Shown here: piece after piece, positions 10,253 to 19,933 of the stretch | Numbering within the stretch: position 1 is the first letter of the stretch | Layout: every line of letters begins with the position of its first letter | From: an uncultured Enterobacteriaceae bacterium | Lineage (GTDB): Bacteria > Pseudomonadota > Gammaproteobacteria > Burkholderiales > SG8-39 | NCBI GenBank assembly: GCA_964612335.1 | Contig: CAZTDU010000007.1 | Location: 20,800-84,799 of the forward strand | Direction: 5' to 3' | Length of the DNA: 64,000 nt | The notes under the pieces: generated by a model | The model's database searches: none | The model's input: the letters and a program-made list of their open reading frames with translations, nothing else | What the model was told of the DNA's origin: nothing | Made by a program: the position numbers and the translations under genes

Positions 10253-11371
10253 ATGCTGATCGGGGTCCCGCGCGAGATCAAGGTGCACGAGGACCGCGTC
10301 GGCCTCGTGCCGGCGAGCGTGCTCGAGCTCACGCGGGCCGGGCACGAGGTGCTGGTGGAGAAAGGCGCCGGCCTGGGTGCCGGGTTCACCGATGCCGACT
10401 ACCGCGCCGCCGGCGCGCGCATCGCGGGAAGCGCGCGCGCCGTGTTCGCCCGCGCCGGCATGATCGTCAAGGTGAAGGAGCCGCAGAGCGCCGAGTGCCG
10501 CATGCTGCGACAAGGCCAGCTTCTCTTCACCTACCTGCACCTCGCACCGGACCGCGCGCTGGCGGCCGCACTGGTGAAGTCGCGCTGCACCGCGATCGCC
10601 TACGAAACCGTCACCGGCCCGCACGGCTCGCTGCCGCTGCTGTCGCCGATGAGCGAGGTGGCCGGACGCATGGCTATCCACGTCGGCGCGCACTGCCTGG
10701 AGAAGGCGACCGGCGGATCCGGCGTGCTGCTCGGCGGCGTGCCCGGCGTCCCCCCGGCCGAGGTGGTGATCCTGGGCGGCGGCGTGGCCGGCTCGCACGC
10801 CGCGCGCATGGCCACCGGCCTCGGCGCATCGGTCACCGTGGTCGACAAGTCGCTGGACCGGCTGCGCCAGCTCGACGAGCAGTTCGGCGCGCGGCTGCGC
10901 ACCGCGTACGCAACCACCGCGGCGATCGAGGCGCTTGTCGCGCGCGCCGACCTGGTGATCGGCGCGGTGCTGATTCCCGGCGCGCTCGCGCCGAAGCTGG
11001 TCACGCGCCGCATGCTGCGCGGCATGCGGCCCGGCTCGGTGCTGGTGGACATCTCGATCGACCAGGGCGGCTGCTTCGAGACCAGCCGCCCCACCACGCA
11101 CGCCGATCCGACCTTCGTCGTCGATCGCATCGTGCATTACTGCGTCGCCAACATGCCCGGCGCGGTCGCGCGCACCTCCGCGATCGCACTGAACAACGCC
11201 ACGCTGCCCTTCGTGCTCGCGCTGGCCGACAAGGGCTGGCGCGAAGCCTGCATGCAGGACCCGCGGCTGCTCGACGGCCTGAACGTCCACGACGGCAGGA
11301 TCACCCACCCGGCGGTGCAGTCCGCGACCGGCCTGGAATACCTGCCGGCGATCGAAGCGCTGGCGGCCTAG
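10253..11371 (+). CDS. ald: L-alanine dehydrogenase
   Basis: 372-aa ORF. Motifs: MLIGVPREIKVHEDRVGL, Rossmann VILGGGVAGSHAARMA. Confidence 0.92.
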   Translation: MLIGVPREIKVHEDRVGLVPASVLELTRAGHEVLVEKGAGLGAGFTDADYRAAGARIAGSARAVFARAGMIVKVKEPQSAECRMLRQGQLLFTYLHLAPDRALAAALVKSRCTAIAYETVTGPHGSLPLLSPMSEVAGRMAIHVGAHCLEKATGGSGVLLGGVPGVPPAEVVILGGGVAGSHAARMATGLGASVTVVDKSLDRLRQLDEQFGARLRTAYATTAAIEALVARADLVIGAVLIPGALAPKLVTRRMLRGMRPGSVLVDISIDQGGCFETSRPTTHADPTFVVDRIVHYCVANMPGAVARTSAIALNNATLPFVLALADKGWREACMQDPRLLDGLNVHDGRITHPAVQSATGLEYLPAIEALAA

Positions 11372-11375
11372 CGGC

Positions 11376-12182
11376 ATGGCGGCCGCGCCCCTGCTGTCGC
11401 TGGACCACGCCGGCATCCTCGTTCGCGACCTCGCCGCCGGCGCCGCGCGCTGGGAGCGGCTCGGCTTCACGCTGTCGCCGCAGAGCCGGCAGCGCGGCAC
11501 GGTCCCGGGCAGGGACGGCACGCACCCCTGGGCGAGCGCGAATCGCTGCGCGATCTTCGAGCGCGGCTACCTCGAACTGATCGGCCTGGTGGACCCGGCG
11601 GCGTGGAACCCCTGGGCGGCTTTCCTCGAGCGCTTCGAGGGCATGCACCTGCTCGCCCTGCGCTGCGCGAACGCGGATGCCGCCTACGCGGAACTCGCGC
11701 CGCGCGCGCCTTTCCTGGACGCGCCGGTGCAGCGCGAGAGGCAACTGGACGTGGGCGGCGAAGCGCGCACCATGCGCTTTCGCAACGTCTTCTCGCGCGA
11801 CGCGCAGTGCCCCGAGGGCCGCTACATCGTCATCGAGCACCAGACGCCGGAGCTGCTGTGGCAGGCCGCGCTGATGCGGCACGACAACGGCGCGGTCGCG
11901 CTGGAAGAAGCGACCGTCGTCGCCGAAGATCCGGCGGTCGCGGCGCGGATCGCCGCGCTGGGCGGCATCGCAACGCTGAGCACACCGGGCGAATTCAGGC
12001 AGCGCCACGGCTGGGCACCGCCCGCGCCCGCGTTCGCGGGCGTCACTGTTTCATTCACGAATCTGGCCAGCGCGGCGCGGATGATGGAGACCCGCGGCGT
12101 GAAGCTGCGCAGGTCGGGCGGCGACCTCTGGGTCGCCCCCGAAGACGCCAATGGCTTCGTCCTCAGGATGGTCCAATGCTGA
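11376..12182 (+). CDS. VOC (glyoxalase-like) family protein
   Basis: 268-aa ORF. LDHAGILVRDLAAGAARWERLGF opens a glyoxalase-like beta-alpha-beta-beta-beta module. It is a paralogue of the next gene. Confidence 0.6.
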   Translation: MAAAPLLSLDHAGILVRDLAAGAARWERLGFTLSPQSRQRGTVPGRDGTHPWASANRCAIFERGYLELIGLVDPAAWNPWAAFLERFEGMHLLALRCANADAAYAELAPRAPFLDAPVQRERQLDVGGEARTMRFRNVFSRDAQCPEGRYIVIEHQTPELLWQAALMRHDNGAVALEEATVVAEDPAVAARIAALGGIATLSTPGEFRQRHGWAPPAPAFAGVTVSFTNLASAARMMETRGVKLRRSGGDLWVAPEDANGFVLRMVQC

Positions 12183-13000
12183 ATCTCGAACTTGACCACG
12201 TCGGCGTGGCCGTGAAGAGCCTGGACCGCGGCCGCGACGCCTACGCGCGCCTCGGCTTCAGGCTCACGGCGCGCAGCTTCCATTCCGGTTCGCGCACGCC
12301 AGGCGCCCCGGTGGAACCCTGGGGATCGGGCAACCACTGCGCGATGTTCCGTGAGGGCTACCTCGAGGTAATCGGTCTCACCGACGAGAACAAGTACAGC
12401 TCGGTGAAGGACATGGTGGCGGACTACGAAGGCCTGCACATCGTCGCCATCGGCTGGGGCAATGCCGAAGCTGCGCGTCCGCAGATGCTCGCGCGCGGCG
12501 TTCCGGTGGACGCGGTGAGGAGCCTGGAGCGCGATGCCGCGTTCGGGCCTGACGACGCCGAGACGCGCCGCGCACGTTTCCGCAACTGCTTCGTCGCCCG
12601 CGACAAGTTCACCGAGGCGCGGTTCCTCTACATCGAGCACCTGACACGCGACGTGCTGTGGCAGCCGCACCTGCTCGAGCATCCCAATGGCGCGGTGGCG
12701 ATCGAGGAGGTGTACTTCGCCTCGGCGGACCCGCAGGCGACCGCGCAGAAGCTCGCGGCGCTGCTGCCCTCGCCCACGCGCGGCCGCTTCCACGTCGTGT
12801 CGGCGGCCGACTGGAAGTTCAGGCCGCTGCCGCCGCTGCCAGCGCCGGTGGGCTTCGGCGTGCGTGTCGACTCGCTGGCGAAAACCCGCGCCTGCCTCAC
12901 GGCCGGGGGCGTGAAGTTCGAGGAAAATGACGGTGTGTGGACGAGCCCCGCGGATGGCTGCGGGTCTGCGATACGGTTTTTCGAGAAGGGAACATCATGA
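12176..13000 (+). CDS. VOC (glyoxalase-like) family protein
   Basis: This is the C-terminal 274 aa of ORF 11603..13000. ATG 12176 overlaps the upstream stop. It opens MLNLELDHVGVAVKSLDRGRDAYARLGF and is similar in layout to the upstream gene. Confidence 0.6.
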   Translation: MLNLELDHVGVAVKSLDRGRDAYARLGFRLTARSFHSGSRTPGAPVEPWGSGNHCAMFREGYLEVIGLTDENKYSSVKDMVADYEGLHIVAIGWGNAEAARPQMLARGVPVDAVRSLERDAAFGPDDAETRRARFRNCFVARDKFTEARFLYIEHLTRDVLWQPHLLEHPNGAVAIEEVYFASADPQATAQKLAALLPSPTRGRFHVVSAADWKFRPLPPLPAPVGFGVRVDSLAKTRACLTAGGVKFEENDGVWTSPADGCGSAIRFFEKGTS

Positions 13001-14010
13001 AAGCAGCAGTGATACACGAGCACGGCGGCCCCGGAACCATCCGCTACGAGACCAACTGGCCGGACCCGAAGCCCGAGCCGGACGAGGTCATCATCAAGGT
13101 CGGCGCGGCGACGCTGAACTACCACGACGTCTTCACGAGGAAGGGCATGCCCGGCATCAAGGTGCCCATGCCCTGCATCCCCGGGCTCGATTTCTCCGGC
13201 GAGATCGCCGAGGTCGGCAAGGACGTCAAGGACTGGCACGTCGGCGACCGCGTGATGGTCGACCCGGTGATCCGCCACAGCCCGCACGGCGGGCTGATCG
13301 GCGAGATGCGCCCTGGCGGCCTCGCCGAGTACTGCGCAGTGCCGGAAAAGTGCCTGGTGCGCCTGCCGGCGGACGTGTCGTTCGAGGCGGCCGCGTGCCT
13401 GCCGGTGGCCTACGGCACCGCGCTGCGCATGATGTACACCATCGGCGAGGTGAAGCAGGGCGAGCGCGTGCTGATCCTGGGCGCCTCGGGCGGCGTCGGC
13501 ACCTGCTGCGTGCAACTCGCGAAGCTCGTCGGCGCCGAGGTGATCGCCTGCGCCTCGAGCGACGCCAAGCTCGCGCGGCTTAAGGAACTCGGCGCCGACC
13601 ACCTGGTGGACTACACCAAGGAAGACTTTATGAAGTGGGTGTACGCGAAATTCGACAAGCCGCACCGGCGCCAGTTCACCGGCGGCGTCGACACGGTGGT
13701 GAACTTCACCGGCGGCGACACCTGGGTGAAATCGATGCGCGTGCTGCACCGGCAGGGCAAGCTGCTGACCTGCGGCGCCACCGCGGGCTACGACCCCAAG
13801 GAGGACATCCGCTTCATCTGGACCTTCGAGCTGCGCGTGCTCGGCTCGAACGGCTGGATGCGCGAGGACCTGCAGACGCTGATCGACCTGATCCAGGCCG
13901 GTCGCCTGAAGCCGGTGATCGACAAGACGCTGCCGCTCGCCGAGGCCAACGAGGCGTTCCGGCTGCTGGAAGACCGCGAGGTGTTCGGAAAGGTGGTGGT
14001 GAAGCCATGA
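12997..14010 (+). CDS. zinc-type alcohol dehydrogenase / quinone oxidoreductase (MDR family)
   Basis: ATG 12997 forms an ATGA overlap with the upstream stop. Opens MKAAVIHEHGGPG; contains ILGASGGVGTCCVQLAK. Confidence 0.85.
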   Translation: MKAAVIHEHGGPGTIRYETNWPDPKPEPDEVIIKVGAATLNYHDVFTRKGMPGIKVPMPCIPGLDFSGEIAEVGKDVKDWHVGDRVMVDPVIRHSPHGGLIGEMRPGGLAEYCAVPEKCLVRLPADVSFEAAACLPVAYGTALRMMYTIGEVKQGERVLILGASGGVGTCCVQLAKLVGAEVIACASSDAKLARLKELGADHLVDYTKEDFMKWVYAKFDKPHRRQFTGGVDTVVNFTGGDTWVKSMRVLHRQGKLLTCGATAGYDPKEDIRFIWTFELRVLGSNGWMREDLQTLIDLIQAGRLKPVIDKTLPLAEANEAFRLLEDREVFGKVVVKP

Positions 14011-14113
14011 GCCGCGGAACAGGGGCCCCGCTTGCGGGGATGAGACCGGCGAATGGCTTCGTGCGGCCGACAGCACTGCGCCCGCGCCGCCATGCCCTGA
14101 CGGAGGCCGCGCC

Positions 14114-14545
14114 ATGAGCGAAGCCGCTGCGGAAAGGCTGTCGCTGGAGCAGATCAACGCGATGTTCGACAAGTCGCCGTTCATCGGCTTCCTCGGCATG
14201 CGCGCCACGGCACTGGACTACGACAAGTCCGAGATCACGATGACGCTGCCGCTCAAGGCCGAACTCGAGCGGCGCGCCGGCACCGGGCAGTTCCACGGCG
14301 GCCCGCTCGCCTCGTTCATCGACGTGGTGGGCGATTTCGCCATCGGCATGCTGGTCGGCGGCGGCGTGCCCACCATCAACCTGCGGATCGACTACCTGCG
14401 TCCCGCCACCGGCAAGCTGCTCACCGGCACCGCGAAGGTGCGCCGCGCCGGAAGGACGGTGGCGGTTGTGGACATCGATGTCTTCGACGACGAGAACCGG
14501 CTTGTCGCCGTTGGAAGAGGAACCTATTCCGGCCAGAAAGGATAG
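14114..14545 (+). CDS. PaaI-type hotdog-fold thioesterase
   Basis: 143-aa ORF with motif QFHGGPLASFIDVVGDFAIG. Confidence 0.8.
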   Translation: MSEAAAERLSLEQINAMFDKSPFIGFLGMRATALDYDKSEITMTLPLKAELERRAGTGQFHGGPLASFIDVVGDFAIGMLVGGGVPTINLRIDYLRPATGKLLTGTAKVRRAGRTVAVVDIDVFDDENRLVAVGRGTYSGQKG

Positions 14546-14547
14546 CC

Positions 14548-15501
14548 ATGAAGCGAATCATCGCCGCTATGATTGCGGCTGCCATCTCCATCTCCGCGTT
14601 CGCGCAAGAGTTTCCGTCGCGTACCGTACGAATCGTCGTGCCCTATCCGCCCGGCGGGCAGATGGATTTGAACGCCCGCTTTATCGCCAACAAGCTTTCG
14701 CAATCACTCGGTAAGTCGGTCGTGGTGGAGAACAAGCCCGGTGCGCAATCGATCGTCGGCGCACAGGATATCGCGCGCTCAGCGCCAGACGGCCACTCGA
14801 TTTTGTTCACGAATGGCGCCACTAACACCGTCGTGCCACACCTGTTTTCGCAGGTGCCCTTCAACGCTGTCGAGGACTTCACCCCGATCACCCAGATCGC
14901 CCGCACCGGCTCTGTGCTGCTTGCGCCCGCCAACGCGCCATTTTCTACGATGCAAGAGATGGTTGCCTATGCCAAGGCAAACCCTGGCAAGCTGAATTTC
15001 GGCTCGATCAGCGCATCATCGCAAGTGCAAGGTGAACTGATGAAGCGCGGGGCTGGCATCGACATCGTGTACATCCCCTACAAAGGTACCGCCGACTCAG
15101 TGAAGGCCCTGATGGCTGGCGAGATCCAACTCCTCTGGGACAGCGCGTTCTCTGCGGTAAACCTGCTTAAGAGCAACCGCGTTAAAGCGCTCGCGGTGAC
15201 AGGCCCTTCAAGATTCGCCGAACTTCCCCAGGTGCCGACCGCTTCGGAACTGGGCATCAAAGGCCTGGAGACGCTTGGATGGATCGGATTCTTCGGCCCA
15301 AAGGGCTTGCCACCGACGGTGCTTAAGAGACTCAACGAAGAGTTGGTGCGAGTCGTCCGGAGTCCTGACTTCCGCGAGGTTCTGGTGAGCGCTGCGAACG
15401 TACCTGCCGGGACTTCGCCCGAGGAGTTTGCCGCGATTGTCCGGCGCGACTACGCGTTTTGGGGCGAGGAGATCCGTAAGGCAGGGATCAAGCCTCAGTA
15501 A
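14548..15501 (+). CDS. Bug/TctC family tripartite tricarboxylate transporter substrate-binding protein
   Basis: 317-aa ORF with signal peptide MKRIIAAMIAAAISISAFAQ and the RIVVPYPPGG motif. Confidence 0.9.
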   Translation: MKRIIAAMIAAAISISAFAQEFPSRTVRIVVPYPPGGQMDLNARFIANKLSQSLGKSVVVENKPGAQSIVGAQDIARSAPDGHSILFTNGATNTVVPHLFSQVPFNAVEDFTPITQIARTGSVLLAPANAPFSTMQEMVAYAKANPGKLNFGSISASSQVQGELMKRGAGIDIVYIPYKGTADSVKALMAGEIQLLWDSAFSAVNLLKSNRVKALAVTGPSRFAELPQVPTASELGIKGLETLGWIGFFGPKGLPPTVLKRLNEELVRVVRSPDFREVLVSAANVPAGTSPEEFAAIVRRDYAFWGEEIRKAGIKPQ

Positions 15502-15514
15502 AGAATACTCGTCA

Positions 15515-16891
15515 ATGGCGCGCGCCGATCCACTACATGCGCTCGTTGCCCACGTGGCTGGCGCGCGTGCCACAGACATGCCGGCCGAGGTCTTGGCGTT
15601 CCAGAAACGTCGAATGCTCGACAGCGTTGGTACTACGCTCGCCGGTGTCGATCAGCCCGGATGCATCCAACTGAAGGAGATGCTCGCCGCGGCTGGCGGC
15701 AAAGGCGAGGCGCAGGTGATCGGCAGCACGATACGCCTACCGTCAGCCGCCGCCGCGCAGCTCAATGCCGTTCAGTCGCGTGCCTTGGATTTCTGCGATG
15801 TAGTCTTTTCTGGGTACCACCCGAGTTCTACCGACGTACCCGTAGCGCTCGCAGTGGGCGAGCTGGTTGGTGCATCGGGAATCGAAGTATTGGTTGCCCT
15901 CGCCGCAGGGCAAGACCTTGCCATGCGCATCAACCTGGCAGCCAACGGGAAGGGCGGCGGCTTCCACGGCTTCGACGGGAACATTCTTGCGGTTTTCGGC
16001 GCTGCCGCCATTGCAGGCCGGCTGCTGGGGCTCGATGCACCGCATCTTGCCCACGCGATCGGCCTCGCCTTCAATCAGGCTGCGGGCAGCCTGCAGTCGA
16101 ATCAAGACAAGGCGCTAGGCGTGCGCCTGATCCAAGGAAACGCAGCCCGCGCGGGCGTGGAGTCAGCGCTTCTAGCCGCGCGCGGCGTCACGGGTCCGTC
16201 CCACGTGCTGGCTGGAGAGTGCGGATTCTTTACGCTGTATGCAAGACGTCCGGGCGATACAAAGCGCCTGCTTGAGGGGCTCGGCGAACGCTGGGAGGGC
16301 GAAGCGTACACTTGCTTCAAGCCGTATCCGTGTTGCAGCTTGCTACTCAGCGTCGCTGATGCCGCAGCCGCGCTCGCCGCACAGATGCCTAGTGGCGCCA
16401 TGCCGCGAGTGGCCAGGATCGAGATCTCGCCCTTCCAGCATCGCGTCTGCGGTCAGCCCTACATCCCGGGCGACAATCCGGAGGTAGCTGCGATGTTCAG
16501 TGTGCAGTATGTCTTTGCCTCGACTTTACTGCGTGGACGGCCGAAGCTCGATCACTTCAGCGCTCAAGCGGCCAATGACCCCCAGGTGCTGGCCCTTGCT
16601 CGCTCGCTGCAGATGCGCGTACGGTCCGACTTTGCGCGCGACCATTGCTGTCTGACTGTGGATTGGGGACCGGGTCCCGTCTACGTGGACGTACCCTATG
16701 GCCATGGGTGGCCCGAACGGCCTCTCGACCCAGTCGTGCTGGAGGAGAAATTCGACGAATGCGCGTCGTGGAGCGCTGCGGGCGTGGATTCTGCACGCGC
16801 CGCTGAGCTCCGGAATGCCATCACCCACCTGGAATCTGCCAGCTCGATTCGCCCGCTTGTGCCATTGCTCGCGACAGGCGGCCCGTCGTAG
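15515..16891 (+). CDS. MmgE/PrpD family protein
   Basis: ORF 15428..16891, started at ATG 15515 (MARADPLHALVAHVAG...). Contains CFKPYPCCSL. Confidence 0.85.
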   Translation: MARADPLHALVAHVAGARATDMPAEVLAFQKRRMLDSVGTTLAGVDQPGCIQLKEMLAAAGGKGEAQVIGSTIRLPSAAAAQLNAVQSRALDFCDVVFSGYHPSSTDVPVALAVGELVGASGIEVLVALAAGQDLAMRINLAANGKGGGFHGFDGNILAVFGAAAIAGRLLGLDAPHLAHAIGLAFNQAAGSLQSNQDKALGVRLIQGNAARAGVESALLAARGVTGPSHVLAGECGFFTLYARRPGDTKRLLEGLGERWEGEAYTCFKPYPCCSLLLSVADAAAALAAQMPSGAMPRVARIEISPFQHRVCGQPYIPGDNPEVAAMFSVQYVFASTLLRGRPKLDHFSAQAANDPQVLALARSLQMRVRSDFARDHCCLTVDWGPGPVYVDVPYGHGWPERPLDPVVLEEKFDECASWSAAGVDSARAAELRNAITHLESASSIRPLVPLLATGGPS

Positions 16892-16965
16892 CACGCTGCG
16901 TTCACCGACGCCACATGGTAGATTGACTTGGACTTCCAATTGCAGCCCAAACAGGAGTACATCGC

Positions 16966-18036
16966 ATGAAGCGCCCCTTTTTCAGATTCGCTTTCGCCCT
17001 TACCGCCAGCCTCGCAGCATCTAGCGTAGTGCTCGCCCAGCAGAAGGTCGTGTTCGGCACCGTCACGGTATTCAACATCAGCCTCGCGCCGCTGTTCCTC
17101 GCCGAGACTGCCGGGTTCTTCAAGGAGGAAGGGCTCGAGGTGGAGAAAGTGCCGTTCAACGGCACCGGGACGCTGATCCCGCAGATGACCTCCAAGCGCG
17201 TGCACATCGGCTACCCCAACCCGGACGTGCTGATCGTGTCGCGCCAGCCGGGCAAGGATCCGCTGCCGCTCCGGTTCATCTACAACGTCACGCGCGAATC
17301 CGCATGGGAGTTCGTCGTGCCGGCAGCCAGCCCGATCAAGACCCTGGCCGACCTCAAGGGCAAGAAGCTCGGCGTCGGCGCGCTGACCTTCGGCAACATC
17401 CCCATCACCCGCGCGATGTTCAAGGAACTGGGCATGGAGTTCGGCAAGGACCTCGAGATGCAGCCGGTCGGCGTCGGCGCGCCCGCGTTCCTCGCCTTCC
17501 GTGAGGGCAAGATCGACGCGCTGAACCTGTTCGACGCGCAGCACGCGACGCTGGAGACGCAGGGCACGGCTATCCGGCGCCTCGACATGCCGGCGAAGTA
17601 CAAGAACCTCTTCTCCAACGGCTTCATCGTGCACGAGGACACGCTGAAGGAGAACCCGAAGATGCTCGCCGGCTTCGGCCGCGCGTTCGCCAAGGCGCAG
17701 GTGGCCTGCGAGGCGAATCGCGAGGCCTGCGTGCGCAACTTCTGGTCGCTCTACCCGAACCAGAAGCCCGCCGGGGACGAAGCCAAGGTGATGGCCGACC
17801 AGATCAAGGTCATGAACTCGCGCTTCAACAAGACGCTCGCCTTCGGCAGCGGGCCGCGCAACTTCGGCGAGTATCCGGAGCAGGCGTGGCGCGACTTCGT
17901 CGAGGCGCTGTACGTCGGCGGCCAGATCACGACCAAGGACATCGACATCAGCACCCTGTATACGAACTCGCTGGTGCCCGAGTACAACAAGTTCGACGCT
18001 GCCGCGGTGGCCGCCAAAGCCAGGAAAGGAAACTGA
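16966..18036 (+). CDS. ABC transporter substrate-binding protein (NMT1/SsuA-like, NitT/TauT type), copy 1
   Basis: 356-aa ORF with signal peptide ...ASSVVLAQQ. It lies upstream of a matching ATPase and permease. RBS CAGGAG. Confidence 0.8.
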   Translation: MKRPFFRFAFALTASLAASSVVLAQQKVVFGTVTVFNISLAPLFLAETAGFFKEEGLEVEKVPFNGTGTLIPQMTSKRVHIGYPNPDVLIVSRQPGKDPLPLRFIYNVTRESAWEFVVPAASPIKTLADLKGKKLGVGALTFGNIPITRAMFKELGMEFGKDLEMQPVGVGAPAFLAFREGKIDALNLFDAQHATLETQGTAIRRLDMPAKYKNLFSNGFIVHEDTLKENPKMLAGFGRAFAKAQVACEANREACVRNFWSLYPNQKPAGDEAKVMADQIKVMNSRFNKTLAFGSGPRNFGEYPEQAWRDFVEALYVGGQITTKDIDISTLYTNSLVPEYNKFDAAAVAAKARKGN

Positions 18037-18037
18037 C

Positions 18038-19093
18038 ATGCGCGCACTCCTCGCCGCAGTACTCATCGCATTCGCCGGCACCACGCTGGCGCAGCAGAAG
18101 ATCGTGTTCGGGCTGGTCAGCCCGCCCGGCGTGGGCCACGGCCCGCTGTTCATCGCCAAGGAGCTCGGCTACTGGGCCGAGGAAGGCATCGACGTCGAGG
18201 TGATCCGGTTCAACGGCACCGCGGTGCTGCTGCCGCAGATCATCAACAAGAGCGTCACCGTCGGCTTCCCCAACCCCGACCCGCTGATCCTTTCGCGCCA
18301 GCCGGGCAAGGATCCGCTGCCGCTGAAGTTCTTCTACAACTTCATCCGCGAGAACGTGTGGGAGTTCGCGGTGCTGGCCGATTCGCCGGTGCAGAAGCTC
18401 GCCGACCTGAAGGGCAAGAAGATCGGCGTCGGCGCGCTCACCTTCGGCAACATCCCGCTGACGCGCGCGATGTTCAAGGAACTGGGCATGGAAGCCGGCA
18501 AGGACTACGAGTTCGTGCCCACGGGCCTGGGCGCGCCGGCGTTCCTCGCCCTGAAGGAGAAGCGGGTCGATGCGCTGAACCTGTTCGAGACCATGCACAA
18601 GATGCTCGAGCTGCAGGGTACGGCGATCCGGCGCCTGGAAATGCCGCGCAAGTACCTCGATCTCTTCTCCAATGGCCTCATCGCGCACGAGGAGACGATC
18701 CGCACGAAGCCCGAGCCGCTGATCGCCTTCGGCCGCGTCGTCGCCAAGGGCATGGTGGCATGCAATGCCAACCGCCCGGCCTGCGTGCGTGCCTTCTGGA
18801 AGGCTTATCCGAACAGCAAGCCGGCCGGGGACGAAGCCAAGGCGATGGCGCGCGACCGCGCGCAGCTCGACGCGCGCTTCGACAAGTACCTCGCGTTTCC
18901 CGCCGGCGAGCCGCCGCGCTGGGGCTCGTTCCCGAAGGGTTCGTGGGAGAACATGGTGCAGGTGATGCTCGATGGCGGCCAGATCCAGACCAAGGACATC
19001 GACGTACAGTCGCTCTACACCAACGCGCTGGTGCCGGCGATGAACAACTTCGACGCCGCGGCCGTGGTCAAGGCCGCGCAGGCGCTGAAGTAA
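18038..19093 (+). CDS. ABC transporter substrate-binding protein, tandem paralogue (copy 2)
   Basis: 351-aa ORF beginning 1 nt after the copy-1 stop. By eye it is about 60% identical to copy 1 (shared SRQPGKDPLPL, LADLKGKK-GVGALTFGNIP-TRAMFKELGME, QGTAIRRL). Confidence 0.8.
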   Translation: MRALLAAVLIAFAGTTLAQQKIVFGLVSPPGVGHGPLFIAKELGYWAEEGIDVEVIRFNGTAVLLPQIINKSVTVGFPNPDPLILSRQPGKDPLPLKFFYNFIRENVWEFAVLADSPVQKLADLKGKKIGVGALTFGNIPLTRAMFKELGMEAGKDYEFVPTGLGAPAFLALKEKRVDALNLFETMHKMLELQGTAIRRLEMPRKYLDLFSNGLIAHEETIRTKPEPLIAFGRVVAKGMVACNANRPACVRAFWKAYPNSKPAGDEAKAMARDRAQLDARFDKYLAFPAGEPPRWGSFPKGSWENMVQVMLDGGQIQTKDIDVQSLYTNALVPAMNNFDAAAVVKAAQALK

Positions 19094-19141
19094 GGCACGC
19101 GGCCACCCCGTGACCCGCCCCAGCACGAGGCCGGCTGAAGC

Positions 19142-19933
19142 ATGAGCACCGCAAGCGGCGAAGCCCTGCTGCGGGCGCAGGGCCTGGTGGTGACGTATTC
19201 GTCGGCGCGCGGCCCGGTCACGGCGCTGCAGGGGCTGGACGCGACGCTGCGTCCCGGGGAGTTCCTCTCGGTGCTGGGCCCCTCGGGCTGCGGCAAGTCG
19301 ACGCTGCTGAAGATCGTCGCCGGCCTGCTGAAGCCTTCCGGCGGCAGCGTCACGCTCGGCGGCAAGCTGATCGACGGTCCACGCCCGGACGTGGGCATCG
19401 TGTTCCAGCAGCCGACACTGCTGCCCTGGCAGTCGACGCTGGACAACGTGCTGCTGCCGATCCGCACGCTGGGGCTGGACATGAAGGAAGGGCGCGACAA
19501 GGCGCGCGCGCTGCTGAAGCTGGTCGGGCTGGAGAAGTTCGCCGACCACTACCCGGGGGAACTCTCCGGCGGCATGCAGCAGCGCGTGGGCATCGCGCGC
19601 GGCCTGATCCACGACCCGATGCTGCTGCTGATGGACGAACCGTTCGCCGCGCTCGACGCGATGACGCGAGAGCACATGACGCTGGAGCTGCAGCGGATCT
19701 GGATGGGCGCGGCGGCGAAGTCGGTGATCTTCATCACGCATTCGATTCCCGAGGCGGTGTTCCTGTCCGACCGCATCGTCGTGCTGTCCGCGCGCCCCGG
19801 GCGCACGATACGCGAGGTCGAGGTCGACCTGCCCCGGCCGCGCACGCTGGAAACCATGGCAAGCAAGGAGTTCGCCAATATCGCGAACGATCTGCGCGCG
19901 CTATTCTCCGAGCTGGTGAAATTCGATGAGTGA
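19142..19933 (+). CDS. ABC transporter ATP-binding protein
   Basis: Walker A GPSGCGKSTLL, signature LSGGMQQRVGIARGL, Walker B LLLMDEPFAALD. Confidence 0.92.
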   Translation: MSTASGEALLRAQGLVVTYSSARGPVTALQGLDATLRPGEFLSVLGPSGCGKSTLLKIVAGLLKPSGGSVTLGGKLIDGPRPDVGIVFQQPTLLPWQSTLDNVLLPIRTLGLDMKEGRDKARALLKLVGLEKFADHYPGELSGGMQQRVGIARGLIHDPMLLLMDEPFAALDAMTREHMTLELQRIWMGAAAKSVIFITHSIPEAVFLSDRIVVLSARPGRTIREVEVDLPRPRTLETMASKEFANIANDLRALFSELVKFDE

